NCBI GenBank assembly: GCA_963806905.1 | Contig: CAWEAA010000006.1 | Coordinates: forward strand, 13,640 to 77,639 | Direction: 5' to 3' | DNA length: 64,000 bases | Origin: an uncultured Verrucomicrobiae bacterium | GTDB taxonomy: Bacteria > Verrucomicrobiota > Verrucomicrobiia > Limisphaerales > UBA11358 | Shown here: positions 16,543 to 25,748 of the stretch, one piece after another | Layout: the number at the start of each line of letters is the position of its first letter | Position numbering within the stretch: the first letter of the stretch is position 1 | Notes under the pieces: model-generated | The model's input: only the letters and a program-made list of their open reading frames with translations | What the model was told of the DNA's origin: nothing | Databases searched by the model: none | Made by a program: the position numbers and the translations under genes

Positions 16543-17295
16543 ATGCACTTTTCTGGAAACTGTGCTTACTTGTGTGCGTCTGTGGCTGACAAACGCAATC
16601 CCATCATTGTCGCGCTGGATGTGCCGACGGCCGGGGCCGCGCTGAAACTCGTGGAGCTGCTGGCCCCGGTTTCGGGCGGTTTCAAGGTCGGCAGCGAGCT
16701 TTTCACCGTCGCCGGACCGGACATCGTGCGCCGGATTCGCGAGCGGGGCGTGATGGTGTTCCTGGATTTGAAATTTCACGACATTCCCAACACGGTCGCC
16801 AAGTCGGTCGCCGCGGCGGTGCAACTGGACGCGCAGATACTCACCGTGCACACCAGTGGCGGCCTGGAAATGCTCAAGGCCGCCGAACAGGCCGCGCAAG
16901 AAACCGCGTGGCGGCTCAGCCACAGTCCGCCGCTCGTTTTGGGCGTGACGTTGCTGACGAGCCTCGACGCCGGGGCGCTGAAGGAAATCGGCCTCGATGC
17001 AAACGTGGATTATCAGGTGCGCCGCCTGGCCACGGTGGCCACCAAAGCGGGATTGCGCGGGCTGGTCTGTTCGCCGCTGGAAGTGGCCAAACTCCGGCAG
17101 GCGATCCCGCCCGCCATGCAACTGGTCACACCCGGCGTCCGCACCGGCGCGGAAAAGGCCGACGACCAGAAGCGCACGCTGTCACCGCGTGAAGCCGTCG
17201 CCGCAGGCGCAAACTGGCTGGTGATTGGCCGTCCGATTTATGCCGCCGAAAATCCGCGCGCGGCGGCGGAGAAAATTCTGGAGTCGCTGGGGTGA
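16543..17295 (+). CDS. pyrF: Orotidine 5'-phosphate decarboxylase
   Basis: 250 aa, with an alternative GTG start at 16582. Motifs IIVALDV, FLDLKFHDIPNT and LVIGRPI. Confidence 0.9.
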   Translation: MHFSGNCAYLCASVADKRNPIIVALDVPTAGAALKLVELLAPVSGGFKVGSELFTVAGPDIVRRIRERGVMVFLDLKFHDIPNTVAKSVAAAVQLDAQILTVHTSGGLEMLKAAEQAAQETAWRLSHSPPLVLGVTLLTSLDAGALKEIGLDANVDYQVRRLATVATKAGLRGLVCSPLEVAKLRQAIPPAMQLVTPGVRTGAEKADDQKRTLSPREAVAAGANWLVIGRPIYAAENPRAAAEKILESLG

Positions 17296-17323
17296 AACGC
17301 GGGGCACGAAGTGCGAGGGGGAA

Positions 17324-17827
17324 TCAATTGACGGGAAAACCCTTTGCGTCTGCTGGATTCACAAAAACCAACTGCTCGGAATGCGGGCCTACGCGAACCA
17401 GCGCCGCCGGCCGCGATGCGACCAACGCCAGAAGTTCGTCGTCGTTGATCGCGCGAAAATTACCGGCGGTGGTTTGAACCATTTCAACCGTTGCAACTGA
17501 CGCGACAAGCTGGCTGGCCGAAAGCGTTTGGGTGGCAACAATCGCGCAGGCGGGCAATGGTTGAGTCCGGACGAGCTGATAACTTTTAACCTCCGCCTTT
17601 GCCGGCGGCATCGGCGCGGCCGGGGGCGGCGGCACGTTTTGGCAGACCAAAAGGGCAAGCAATCCCAGCGCAACGACCAATGCCGCCGCGCGCCGTGTTT
17701 GCCGCCAGCGTCGGCGTCGGCGAGTCAGACACAGCGTTTGGTCAAGCAGCGCCTTGCGAAAATCAGGAGGCACCGCTTCAGCCAGTACGTCATTGAGCAA
17801 CGGTCCGTTGTCAGCTTCTCGATTCAT
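17324..17827 (-). CDS. Putative anti-sigma factor (single-pass membrane protein)
   Basis: 167 aa immediately downstream of an ECF sigma gene. Arg-rich juxtamembrane segment followed by a TM helix (AALVVALGLLALLVC). No family motif recognised. Confidence 0.4.
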   Translation of the reverse strand: MNREADNGPLLNDVLAEAVPPDFRKALLDQTLCLTRRRRRWRQTRRAAALVVALGLLALLVCQNVPPPPAAPMPPAKAEVKSYQLVRTQPLPACAIVATQTLSASQLVASVATVEMVQTTAGNFRAINDDELLALVASRPAALVRVGPHSEQLVFVNPADAKGFPVN

Positions 17828-17854
17828 TGTTCAATTCCGCCAGCACCGCGTCTT

Positions 17855-18433
17855 TCAATTTGCGCCGGACGGGGTCAGTTTTGATTCAACGGCCTTTACC
17901 GTCGTTTGCAATTCGCCCGCAATTTCACGCACGGAACGGCGCGCGGAATATTTTTGCTCCACCAACCGTTGTTCGTCCGGCGGCAGCAACGCGACCTGGC
18001 GTTCCAACAACAGTTTCAGCCGGTCATCAGCTTGATTGCCTTCTGCGCTGTCGAGTTCAACGCTCGCGTCTCGCGTGAAACGGTCGAGAAATAAAAAATA
18101 GCGTCGTCGTTTTTTCGTTTCATCCGCGAAAGCCGTACGCGCCAAAACTGTGAGCCAGCTCCAAAAGACGTTCTCGTCCCTGAAAATTTTGATGTGCCGC
18201 GTCACGCGAATCAAAGTCGCCTGCAAAGCTTCACGCGCGGCGTCCTCATTGCCGGCGGCGACGACCAGCAGGTAACGCCACAGGCGGTCGAAGTAAGCAT
18301 CGTAAAAAGTGCGCCAGGCCATTTCATCACCTTTCGCCATCGCGCGGGTCAACGCCGCCACGTCTGGCGTTTCGCGCGAACTTTTGTCCAGGGCCGCGGA
18401 ACGCGGGCTGGAGGGTTGAATGTTTTCTTCCAA
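17855..18433 (-). CDS. ECF-type RNA polymerase sigma factor (3' end possibly frameshifted)
   Basis: 192 aa with sigma2 and sigma4 regions (RSVREIAGELQTTVKAVESKL). The conserved tail VRRKLKDAVLAEL is encoded in the +1 frame just after 17870. Confidence 0.8.
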   Translation of the reverse strand: MEENIQPSSPRSAALDKSSRETPDVAALTRAMAKGDEMAWRTFYDAYFDRLWRYLLVVAAGNEDAAREALQATLIRVTRHIKIFRDENVFWSWLTVLARTAFADETKKRRRYFLFLDRFTRDASVELDSAEGNQADDRLKLLLERQVALLPPDEQRLVEQKYSARRSVREIAGELQTTVKAVESKLTPSGAN

Positions 18434-18460
18434 GCTGACGCATTAACGGCCGACGGAAAT

Positions 18461-19321
18461 TTATTTTCCAGTCTTTTCTTCGGGCGAAGCAACTGGTTTC
18501 GGCGGCGGAACGGAAATTTTGCTCTTCAGTTGGGCAACCTGATCTTGGAGTTGTTTCATTTGAGAATCCAAGGCGGGCAGGCTGTATTGGGATTGTGGCA
18601 ACGTATTGAGAACATCCTGAATTGTTTGCAGCTTGTCCGGTTCGCCGAACGCAATCAACAACTTGGTTTCCTTGTGATAATTCAACTCCGGCGGGGAAGT
18701 GATGCCCGCCATTTTCCAGCCGGTTTGAATCGCCGTGGTGATGTCGTCCACCGTAAAGCCCCGATCCAGATAAGGGGTCAGAGAGTAAAACCGGCAGACG
18801 TTTTGGGATGAGATTACTGGTGGCAAAGTGGGTTTAACGACGTGGAAATACCAGATTGAATCATCCGACAAATTTCCCGAGGCCGTTCTGAAGCTGTATC
18901 CGGTTGACTGCTGCGAATAAGAGCCAAATTGCTGATTGAAAACGCTTACATCCTTGCGACTGGCCGCTTCCAAAGCTTGAAACAATTGGGCGACATCCAC
19001 ATGGTTCATTTTGAGCGGCGGCAATTGCACATTGGCATCTTCATCGGAAATGATTGTGTTCAACGGCTTGCCCATCGCCTTCTCGATGGCTTTGACCAAC
19101 TCCGCGGGCTTGCCGCCGGGAAAATCGAGATTGAATTTGGTCAAGGCGGGTGGCTGGTTTTGCTCCGGGTTGGCCCGCTGGGTAATGGCTTGCAGCCGTT
19201 GCTGAAAATCGCCGGAGGGCCGGGGCGCAGGAACTGGCGCTGATGGCGGCATTGGTTGTCCCAACGTTGACGTGAAGGCGAATGCAAGCAGACCGGCGGC
19301 GAGGCAGGCGGATTTTTTCAT
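18461..19321 (-). CDS. Secreted hypothetical protein
   Basis: ORF is open to 19375; the ATG at 19321 gives the signal peptide MKKSACLAAGLLAFAFTSTLG. First gene of the ORF-ECF-anti-sigma string. Confidence 0.55.
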   Translation of the reverse strand: MKKSACLAAGLLAFAFTSTLGQPMPPSAPVPAPRPSGDFQQRLQAITQRANPEQNQPPALTKFNLDFPGGKPAELVKAIEKAMGKPLNTIISDEDANVQLPPLKMNHVDVAQLFQALEAASRKDVSVFNQQFGSYSQQSTGYSFRTASGNLSDDSIWYFHVVKPTLPPVISSQNVCRFYSLTPYLDRGFTVDDITTAIQTGWKMAGITSPPELNYHKETKLLIAFGEPDKLQTIQDVLNTLPQSQYSLPALDSQMKQLQDQVAQLKSKISVPPPKPVASPEEKTGK

Positions 19322-19398
19322 AAATTGGCTGGTTTGATTTGTGTTCTTTATACAGAAACACGACGGCCAACGCAAAATCCTTCGCTGAATTTACCGGG

Positions 19399-20772
19399 CT
19401 AACCTGACGAAGCGACCATCTCCAAAATCAGAGGCGTGGCTTTTCCGGGTTTCGCGGAAATTTCAAAAGCGGCCTTCAGGCGGGCGATGGCTGCTTTGGC
19501 CTGATTTGAATCAGCGGCGTGAACGCGGCAAAGTGTCGCGGGTTTTTCCACCCGCTCGCCGGGCTTGGCGATTTGATCAATGCCCACGTCATAATTGATG
19601 ACCGATTCTTTGGTGAGCCGGCCGCCACCCAAATCGCGAATGACTTCGCCGATGAGCCGCGCGTCGCATTTGGAAATGTAACCGGATTTTTCCGCTTTCA
19701 ATTCAACCACGACCGGGGCAGTGGAATCGAGCGCGAGTTTTTTGTTGAACGCCCTCAGATCCGCGCCCTGAGCAACGAGCATTTCGTCCCACTTTTTTCG
19801 CGGGGAGCCGGAGTTCAGACAATTCCAGGCCTGTTGGCGTGCGGCGGCGAGTGATTTCGATTTGCGGGTTTGAACGAGCAGATGCGCGGCGCAGTCGAGG
19901 ACAAGCGTGCGGAGGTCGGATATTTGCCTCTCACCCGACCTTCGGCCACCCTCTCCCCGCCCAGCGGGGAGAGGGCTAGGGCGAGGGGCCTCAAGCACCG
20001 CCACACTTTCCTTCACTTCCAGCCAGTTGCCGGCGGCGCGGCCCAGCGGCGTGTTCATGTCCGTCAAAATCGCGCGGGTGTTCACGCCGCACTCGTTGCC
20101 GAGCGCGACCATGGCCCCGGCAAGTTTGCGGGCATCGGCCCTGGTTGGCATGAACGCGGCGCAACCGAATTTGACGTCGAGCACCAACGCGTCGAGACTT
20201 TCGGCGAGCTTTTTGGAAAGGATGGACGCGGTGATGAGAGGGATGCTCGGCACGGTGCCGGAAGCGTCGCGGAGCGCGTAGATTTTTTTGTCCGCCGGGA
20301 CCATGCGCTCGGTCTGGCCGCAAATGACGCAGCCAACTTTCTGGACTTGCGCTACGATCTTTTCGGCGGGGAGAAGTGTTTTAAAGCCGGGGATGGAATC
20401 GAGTTTGTCGAGTGTGCCGCCGGTGATGCCAAGGCCGCGGCCGGAAATCATCGGCACGCGGAAGCCGAGGCAGGCGAGCAGCGGCGCAAGCGGGAGCGAA
20501 ACCTTGTCACCGATGCCGCCGGTGGAATGTTTGTCCACCAGCGGCCGTTTGTCCTTTGGAAATTTCAATACGTCGCCGGAATCGCGCATGGCGAGCGTGA
20601 GCGCGGTGGTTTCGGCGGTGTCGAGTCCGCGAAAGTAAATGGCCATGAGCATCGCGGCCATCTGATAGTCGGGGATTTTTCCGGTGGTGAATTCGCGGAT
20701 AAAACTTTGAATTTGTCCGCGTGCGAGGGTTTTCCCTTCGCGCTTGTTTTCAATTAGCGAAAGGAAGTTCAC
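19399..20772 (-). CDS. deoA: Thymidine/pyrimidine-nucleoside phosphorylase
   Basis: 457 aa with DKHSTGGIGDKVSL and GRGLGITGGTLDKL motifs. Contains an in-frame palindromic insert of about 20 codons. Confidence 0.88.
   Translation of the reverse strand: MNFLSLIENKREGKTLARGQIQSFIREFTTGKIPDYQMAAMLMAIYFRGLDTAETTALTLAMRDSGDVLKFPKDKRPLVDKHSTGGIGDKVSLPLAPLLACLGFRVPMISGRGLGITGGTLDKLDSIPGFKTLLPAEKIVAQVQKVGCVICGQTERMVPADKKIYALRDASGTVPSIPLITASILSKKLAESLDALVLDVKFGCAAFMPTRADARKLAGAMVALGNECGVNTRAILTDMNTPLGRAAGNWLEVKESVAVLEAPRPSPLPAGRGEGGRRSGERQISDLRTLVLDCAAHLLVQTRKSKSLAAARQQAWNCLNSGSPRKKWDEMLVAQGADLRAFNKKLALDSTAPVVVELKAEKSGYISKCDARLIGEVIRDLGGGRLTKESVINYDVGIDQIAKPGERVEKPATLCRVHAADSNQAKAAIARLKAAFEISAKPGKATPLILEMVASSG
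19927..19988. repeat. GC-rich palindromic element in frame in deoA
   Basis: Core hairpin ctctccccgc-cca-gcggggagag (10-bp stem) with outer arms cctctcaccc / gggcgagggg. Translated RPSPLPAGRGEGGRRSGER. Confidence 0.8.
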
Positions 20773-20775
20773 GGT

Positions 20776-22035
20776 TTAACCCGTAAATTTTTTTGCCGCG
20801 ATGCTGGCGTTGTGGCCGCCGAAGCCGAACGAGTTGTTGATGACGGCGTTCACTTTCAATTCGCGCGCGGTGTTCGGCACGTAATCCAGATCGCATTCGG
20901 GGTCAGGCACCTGGTAATTGATGGTCGGCGGGACGACGCCGTGCTTGATGGCGAGCGCGCAAATGCTCATTTCCACGCCGCCCGCGGCCCCGAGCATGTG
21001 GCCGAGCGCGCCTTTGGTGGAACTGACCGCAATTTTTTTTGCATACTGGCCGAAAACAGCTTTGATGGCCTGCGTTTCACAAGCGTCGCCTTGCGGCGTG
21101 GAAGTGCCATGGGCATTGATGTAGGAAACGTCTTCGAGGTTCAAACCACCGGTTTTCAAGGCCATTTTCATGCAGCGCGCCGCGCCTTCGCCGTCGGGCG
21201 AAGGTGCAGTCAGGTGGTAGGCGTCGGCGGTGTTGCCGTAACCGACAATCTCGCAATAAATTTTCGCACCGCGTTGTTTGGCGTGTTCCAATTCTTCGAG
21301 CACGACGACGCCCGCGCCTTCGCCCATGACGAAGCCGTCACGTTCCTTGTCGAACGGGCGCGAGGCGCGCTTCGGATCATCGTTGCGCCGGCTCATGGCT
21401 TTCATGGCGCAGAAACCGCCGATGCCAATCGAAACCACCGCCGCTTCCGCGCCGCCGGCGAACATCACCTGCGCGTCGCCCATTTTAATGGCGCGCCAGG
21501 CTTCGCCGATGGCGTGGTTGGCTGTCGCACAGGCCGAGCAGGTAGCGAAATTGGGACCACGCAAGTTGTAAAACATCGAGAACAGCCCCGAAGCCATATT
21601 GCTGATGAGCATCGGGATCATGAACGGCGACAGCCGGTCCGGCCCGCGGTCGAGCAGGACTTTGTGCTGTTTGATGGTGGTGGCCAGGCCGCCGATGCCG
21701 GAGCCGATGATGACGCCGATTTCGTCGTGGTTTTCCCGTTCAAGCTCGAGACCGGAATCGAGCAACGCGCGATGCGCGGCGAAGACACCGAATTGGGAGA
21801 AACGGTCGGTATGCCGGACTTCCTTCGGGGACGGAAAGGCGGGCGTGGGGTCAAAAATTTTTACCTCGCCGGCGATTTGCGTGTCGAACGGCGTCGCGTC
21901 GAAGGCGCTGATGCGGTCAATGCCGCATTGCCCGGCGACGAGATGGTTCCAGAAGGCGTCGAGCTGGTGTCCGAGCGGTGTGACCACACCAAGGCCGGTG
22001 ATGACCACGCGGCACTGCGTTGAATGGCTTCCCAT
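20776..22035 (-). CDS. fabF: Beta-ketoacyl-ACP synthase II
   Basis: 419 aa. Active-site Cys context ATCSACATANHAIG, plus HGTSTP and NSFGFGGHN. Confidence 0.92.
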   Translation of the reverse strand: MGSHSTQCRVVITGLGVVTPLGHQLDAFWNHLVAGQCGIDRISAFDATPFDTQIAGEVKIFDPTPAFPSPKEVRHTDRFSQFGVFAAHRALLDSGLELERENHDEIGVIIGSGIGGLATTIKQHKVLLDRGPDRLSPFMIPMLISNMASGLFSMFYNLRGPNFATCSACATANHAIGEAWRAIKMGDAQVMFAGGAEAAVVSIGIGGFCAMKAMSRRNDDPKRASRPFDKERDGFVMGEGAGVVVLEELEHAKQRGAKIYCEIVGYGNTADAYHLTAPSPDGEGAARCMKMALKTGGLNLEDVSYINAHGTSTPQGDACETQAIKAVFGQYAKKIAVSSTKGALGHMLGAAGGVEMSICALAIKHGVVPPTINYQVPDPECDLDYVPNTARELKVNAVINNSFGFGGHNASIAAKKFTG

Positions 22036-22045
22036 AAAATCAAAA

Positions 22046-22081
22046 GGGGCAGATCAAGCTGAGTCCAGCCGAAACTGCCCC
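22046..22081 (-). terminator. Hairpin/attenuator between acpP and fabF
   Basis: On the minus strand, ggggcag...ctgcccc (7-bp stem, long structured loop) is followed by TTTTGATTTT, which abuts the fabF ATG. Confidence 0.45.
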
Positions 22082-22099
22082 GAAGTTTTCACGTCGCGA

Positions 22100-22345
22100 C
22101 TACTTCTGCTGCACGTCTTCGATGTATTTGATGACATCGCCGACGCTTTGAAGTTTCTCGGCCTGCTCGTCGGGCACTTCGATGCCGAATTCCTCCTCCA
22201 GCGCCATGACCAGCTCGACCGTGTCCAGCGAGTCGGCGCCGAGGTCTTCAATAAATTTCGCCTCGAGAGTCACCTGGTCCGCATTCACACCGAGTTGTTC
22301 GACGATGATGTCCTTTACGCGTTGTTCGATAGATTTTTCAGCCAT
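22100..22345 (-). CDS. acpP: Acyl carrier protein
   Basis: 81 aa with the [13 protein letters not shown] phosphopantetheine attachment motif. Confidence 0.95.
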   Translation of the reverse strand: MAEKSIEQRVKDIIVEQLGVNADQVTLEAKFIEDLGADSLDTVELVMALEEEFGIEVPDEQAEKLQSVGDVIKYIEDVQQK

Positions 22346-22442
22346 GGGTTGCTCCGGTTAAATTTTGAACTGTGTCTATGCTATGATAACGGGGGGCGTC
22401 AAGCCCTGAATCACATTTTTTTCAATTTTATTGTTTGACCCC

Positions 22443-23186
22443 TCACATCACCATCCCGCCGTCCACCGCCAAAACCTGGCCCGTGACATAACGCGCCGCC
22501 GGGCTGGCGAAAAACAACACCGCTTCCGCCACATCCTCCGGCTGGCCCAGACTAGCCAGCGGGATCTGTTTGGTGATGGATTCCTTCTGTTCCTGCGACA
22601 ATTTGTCCGTCATGGCTGTCTGGATGAAACCCGGCGCGATGGCGTTGACGGTGACGCCCCGGCTGGCGAACTCGCGGGCGCACGACTTGGTCAGACCGAT
22701 GACGCCGGCCTTGCTGGCCGCGTAATTACACTGGCCCGCATTGCCAATCAATCCGATGACCGAGGCGATATTGACGATGCGGCCGGACCTCTGTTTCAGG
22801 AGCGCGCGGCTGAGTTCCCGGGTGAACAGGAACGTCCCCTTAAGATTGATGTCCAGCACGGCGTCCCAATCCGCCTCGCTCATGCGCATGACCAGGCCGT
22901 CCTTGGTGATGCCGGCGTTATTCACCAGGATATCCACCCGCCCGGGCTCCTTCAAAATCTGTCCGGCGGCGGCCTCGACGCTGGCGGCGTCCGCCACGTT
23001 GGCCGCAACGGTCCAGGCTTTGCGCCCCAGTTTCCGGGCTTCATCAGACGTTTCCTGTACGAAGTCGGTTTTCAGGTCCACCGCCACGATGTCGGCCCCG
23101 TGGGCAGCCAATTTCAACGCAATGGCGCGGCCAATGCCCCGGCCCGCGCCGGTCACGACGGCAATTTGATTCTCAAGTTGTTTCAT
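22443..23186 (-). CDS. fabG: 3-oxoacyl-ACP reductase
   Basis: 247 aa from the ATG at 23186 (ORF open to 23225). TGAGRGIGRAIA Rossmann motif and YAASKAG catalytic YxxxK. Confidence 0.9.
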   Translation of the reverse strand: MKQLENQIAVVTGAGRGIGRAIALKLAAHGADIVAVDLKTDFVQETSDEARKLGRKAWTVAANVADAASVEAAAGQILKEPGRVDILVNNAGITKDGLVMRMSEADWDAVLDINLKGTFLFTRELSRALLKQRSGRIVNIASVIGLIGNAGQCNYAASKAGVIGLTKSCAREFASRGVTVNAIAPGFIQTAMTDKLSQEQKESITKQIPLASLGQPEDVAEAVLFFASPAARYVTGQVLAVDGGMVM

Positions 23187-23320
23187 GGCGGGCCATTGTT
23201 TAACCGCAAACGGGCCCAAATGCACACAAAAAGTATGGATACACCCCCCCCAATTTATACAAATCTTGGAGACTGCGGTGTCTATTGAACGAAATCGTGT
23301 GACGACAGACGACGCAAAAC

Positions 23321-24673
23321 TTGCAGCGAACCCGGCGGGACTCTCCCGTTTTTTTTCAGAAAGTGGACTGGGTGAGTTTTGGTGTCACGACACTGCTGGC
23401 GCTGGCGGTTTATTTGTTCACGCTGTCGCCGGAAGTTGACCTTGATCATTCAGGCTTCTATTCCACAGCGGCGATGTATCCGGGCGTGTCCATATCTCCA
23501 GGACATCCGCTCTGGGCAATTTACGGCTGGCTTTTCATCAAGCTGCTGCCGTTTTCGAATATCGCGTGGCGATTGGGAGTCGCGTCCGCGGTGGCAGGCG
23601 CTCTAGCGTGCGGTTTGATCGCGTTGATAGTATCGCGTGTTGGAGTTTTGGCGGCGGAAAATATTTCCAGCTTTAAAAATCTCCTTCCGAATGAAGAAAA
23701 GTCGTTGCGCGTAGTTTGCAGTTGCGTCGCGGGATTGGGGTTTGGGTTTGACGGCTGTTTTTGGTGTAAAACGGTGGTGGCTGACACCTGGCCGTTGAGC
23801 CTCCTTCTGTTTGCACTGACGATCTGTCTCATGACGCGATGGTTTTTCGCGCCGCAATGCAGGCGCTTCCTTTACGCGGCAGTATTCGTTCATGGTTTGA
23901 CGTTGAGCGAAAGCCAGGCATTGATTCCGGCAACCTTCGGGTTGCCGTTTTTGTTGGCGATGGGCGAACGCAAACTCGGCCGGGAAATATTTTTTGGAAT
24001 CAGTTTCTTTTTGTGGGGGGTTCTGGTTATGAACATTCATTTGCACCAGTTCGGCTGGTATATCGGCACATCATCGCGGAACATTTTGATTAGTGCAGCG
24101 GTCATTACCACACTCATGTGGGGCATTCTGTCATTCAAAACGCGCCGCTTTTTCAGCGAATGGAAAACATCCTGCCTCTGTGGTGTGTTGTTTCTTACCG
24201 GTATCAGCGCCTATTTTTTATTGCCGATATTTTCCATGACGACCCCACCAATGAATTGGGGTTACCCACGTACGGTTGAAGGCTTCTTTCATGTGATTAC
24301 AAGGGGACAATTTGAATCGCTCAGTCCGACCGACAGCTTCGGCCAATTGATAAAGCAATTGGGAGTTTACGGCAAAATCGCTGACGGCGAATTTGGCATT
24401 ATTTATTTGATAGCGGCTGTGATACCGTTCTGTCTTCTGCACAAAATTTCAGCTTCGACTCGAAAATGGCTGGTCGGGCTTCTGGTCGCTTGGATTTCTA
24501 TCTCTTTGCTAATGTTGGTTGGATTAAATCCGGGTTCCGACAAAGCCAGCGTGGATGTGATCAAACCCTTCTTCGCCGCCTCGCATCTGATTCTTGCCAT
24601 ATTCGCGGGATGCGGCTTGATGTTGGTCGGCGCATTTGTCGGGCCGCCAGCGACCGCAGAATCACGATGCTAA
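23321..24673 (+). CDS. DUF2723-like polytopic membrane protein (GT-C-like)
   Basis: 450 aa with a TTG start (uncertain; GTG at 23363). N-terminal LAVYLFTLSPEV..SPGHPLW pattern and many TM helices. Lies on the opposite strand inside the fab cluster. Confidence 0.65.
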   Translation: MQRTRRDSPVFFQKVDWVSFGVTTLLALAVYLFTLSPEVDLDHSGFYSTAAMYPGVSISPGHPLWAIYGWLFIKLLPFSNIAWRLGVASAVAGALACGLIALIVSRVGVLAAENISSFKNLLPNEEKSLRVVCSCVAGLGFGFDGCFWCKTVVADTWPLSLLLFALTICLMTRWFFAPQCRRFLYAAVFVHGLTLSESQALIPATFGLPFLLAMGERKLGREIFFGISFFLWGVLVMNIHLHQFGWYIGTSSRNILISAAVITTLMWGILSFKTRRFFSEWKTSCLCGVLFLTGISAYFLLPIFSMTTPPMNWGYPRTVEGFFHVITRGQFESLSPTDSFGQLIKQLGVYGKIADGEFGIIYLIAAVIPFCLLHKISASTRKWLVGLLVAWISISLLMLVGLNPGSDKASVDVIKPFFAASHLILAIFAGCGLMLVGAFVGPPATAESRC

Positions 24674-25591
24674 AGTTTTTACTGTTGCTTCCAGACTCGC
24701 CACATCCGACACATTCAACGTCTGCGCATTTTTTTCAATCCGCTTCATGAAACCATTCAAGGCCGTGCCGGGGCCGAGTTCGATGAACCGCGTGAAACCT
24801 TGCGCCAGCAACGTGCGCATGGATTTTTCCCAAAGCACCGGTGACGTGACCTGTTCGACCAGCCGCGCGGAAATTTCCGCCGCGCCGCCGTGCGGTTGCC
24901 CTGTGACATTGGAAATCACCGGCACGAACGGCGATGCGATGGTTATTTTCGCCAACGCCGCCTGTAGCTTCGGCTGTGCGCTCGCCATGAGCGGCGAGTG
25001 ATATGCCCCGGCGACCGGCAATGGTATCGCGCGCTTCGCGCCCCTCGTTTTGGCGAGTTCGACGGCTTTGGCAATTTTGTCCGTTTCGCCCGAAATGACA
25101 AGTTGGCCGGGACAATTCAGATTCGCCAGCATCACGCCAGCCTCGGCGCAGACCCCGCGCGTCGGCGCTTCGTCCAACCCGATGACCGCAGCCATGCCGC
25201 CGCGTGTCGCGTCGCACGCTTCCTGCATGAATTTTCCGCGTTGGCGCACAACGCGCAAGCCGTCCTCAAAACTCATCGCACCCGCGGCCGCCAGCGCCGT
25301 GAATTCGCCGAGCGACAATCCGGCGGTGGCGTCAAATTGGAGCGACGGCGCCTGTTCCTTGAGCAATTGGAACGCGACCCAGCTCACGAGGAAAATGCCG
25401 GGCTGGGCGTTTTCGGTTTTGGTCAATTCGGCGTCGGGGCCATTGAAACAAATCGCGGCGAGGTCATAACCCAGCGCAGCGTTGGCGCGGTCGAACCAGG
25501 CTTTGGCCGGTGGAAATTTATCGGCAAGGTCCTTGCCCATGCCAACGGCCTGCGCGCCTTGCCCGGCGAACAACAATGCAGTTTTGCTCAT
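24662..25591 (-). CDS. fabD: Malonyl-CoA:ACP transacylase
   Basis: 309 aa from the ATG at 25591 (ORF open to 25651). FAGQGAQ motif and GLSLGEF active-site serine motif. Confidence 0.9.
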   Translation of the reverse strand: MSKTALLFAGQGAQAVGMGKDLADKFPPAKAWFDRANAALGYDLAAICFNGPDAELTKTENAQPGIFLVSWVAFQLLKEQAPSLQFDATAGLSLGEFTALAAAGAMSFEDGLRVVRQRGKFMQEACDATRGGMAAVIGLDEAPTRGVCAEAGVMLANLNCPGQLVISGETDKIAKAVELAKTRGAKRAIPLPVAGAYHSPLMASAQPKLQAALAKITIASPFVPVISNVTGQPHGGAAEISARLVEQVTSPVLWEKSMRTLLAQGFTRFIELGPGTALNGFMKRIEKNAQTLNVSDVASLEATVKTLAS

Positions 25592-25643
25592 AAACAGTCG
25601 AAAATGAACCACGAAATGGGTACCAAAGAAAGACTGAAAAATC

Positions 25644-25746
25644 GGAAACATTCAACAACCAACAACCAACATCGAACATTCAATGCCGCTGAGAGCGCAC
25701 ATTGATTGGGTGTTGAGCGTTGAATGTTGAATGTTCGATGTTTTCC
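25644..25746. repeat. aacattc-heptad hairpin repeat (copy 1)
   Basis: Left arm is ggaaacattcaacaaccaacaaccaacatcgaacattcaatg; right arm is cattgattgggtgttgagcgttgaatgttgaatgttcgatgttttcc. Short loop. Confidence 0.85.
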
Positions 25747-25748
25747 GT

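Noticed and set aside
20812-22023. Long antisense ORFs opposite fabF (20812-22023), speA (41489-42907), hisC (12398-13663), the exeA-like gene (11545-12546), purC (30096-31094) and nusB (62651-63505)
   Set aside because: Each lies opposite a gene with an unambiguous family match and shows biased, motif-free composition. They are shadow ORFs.
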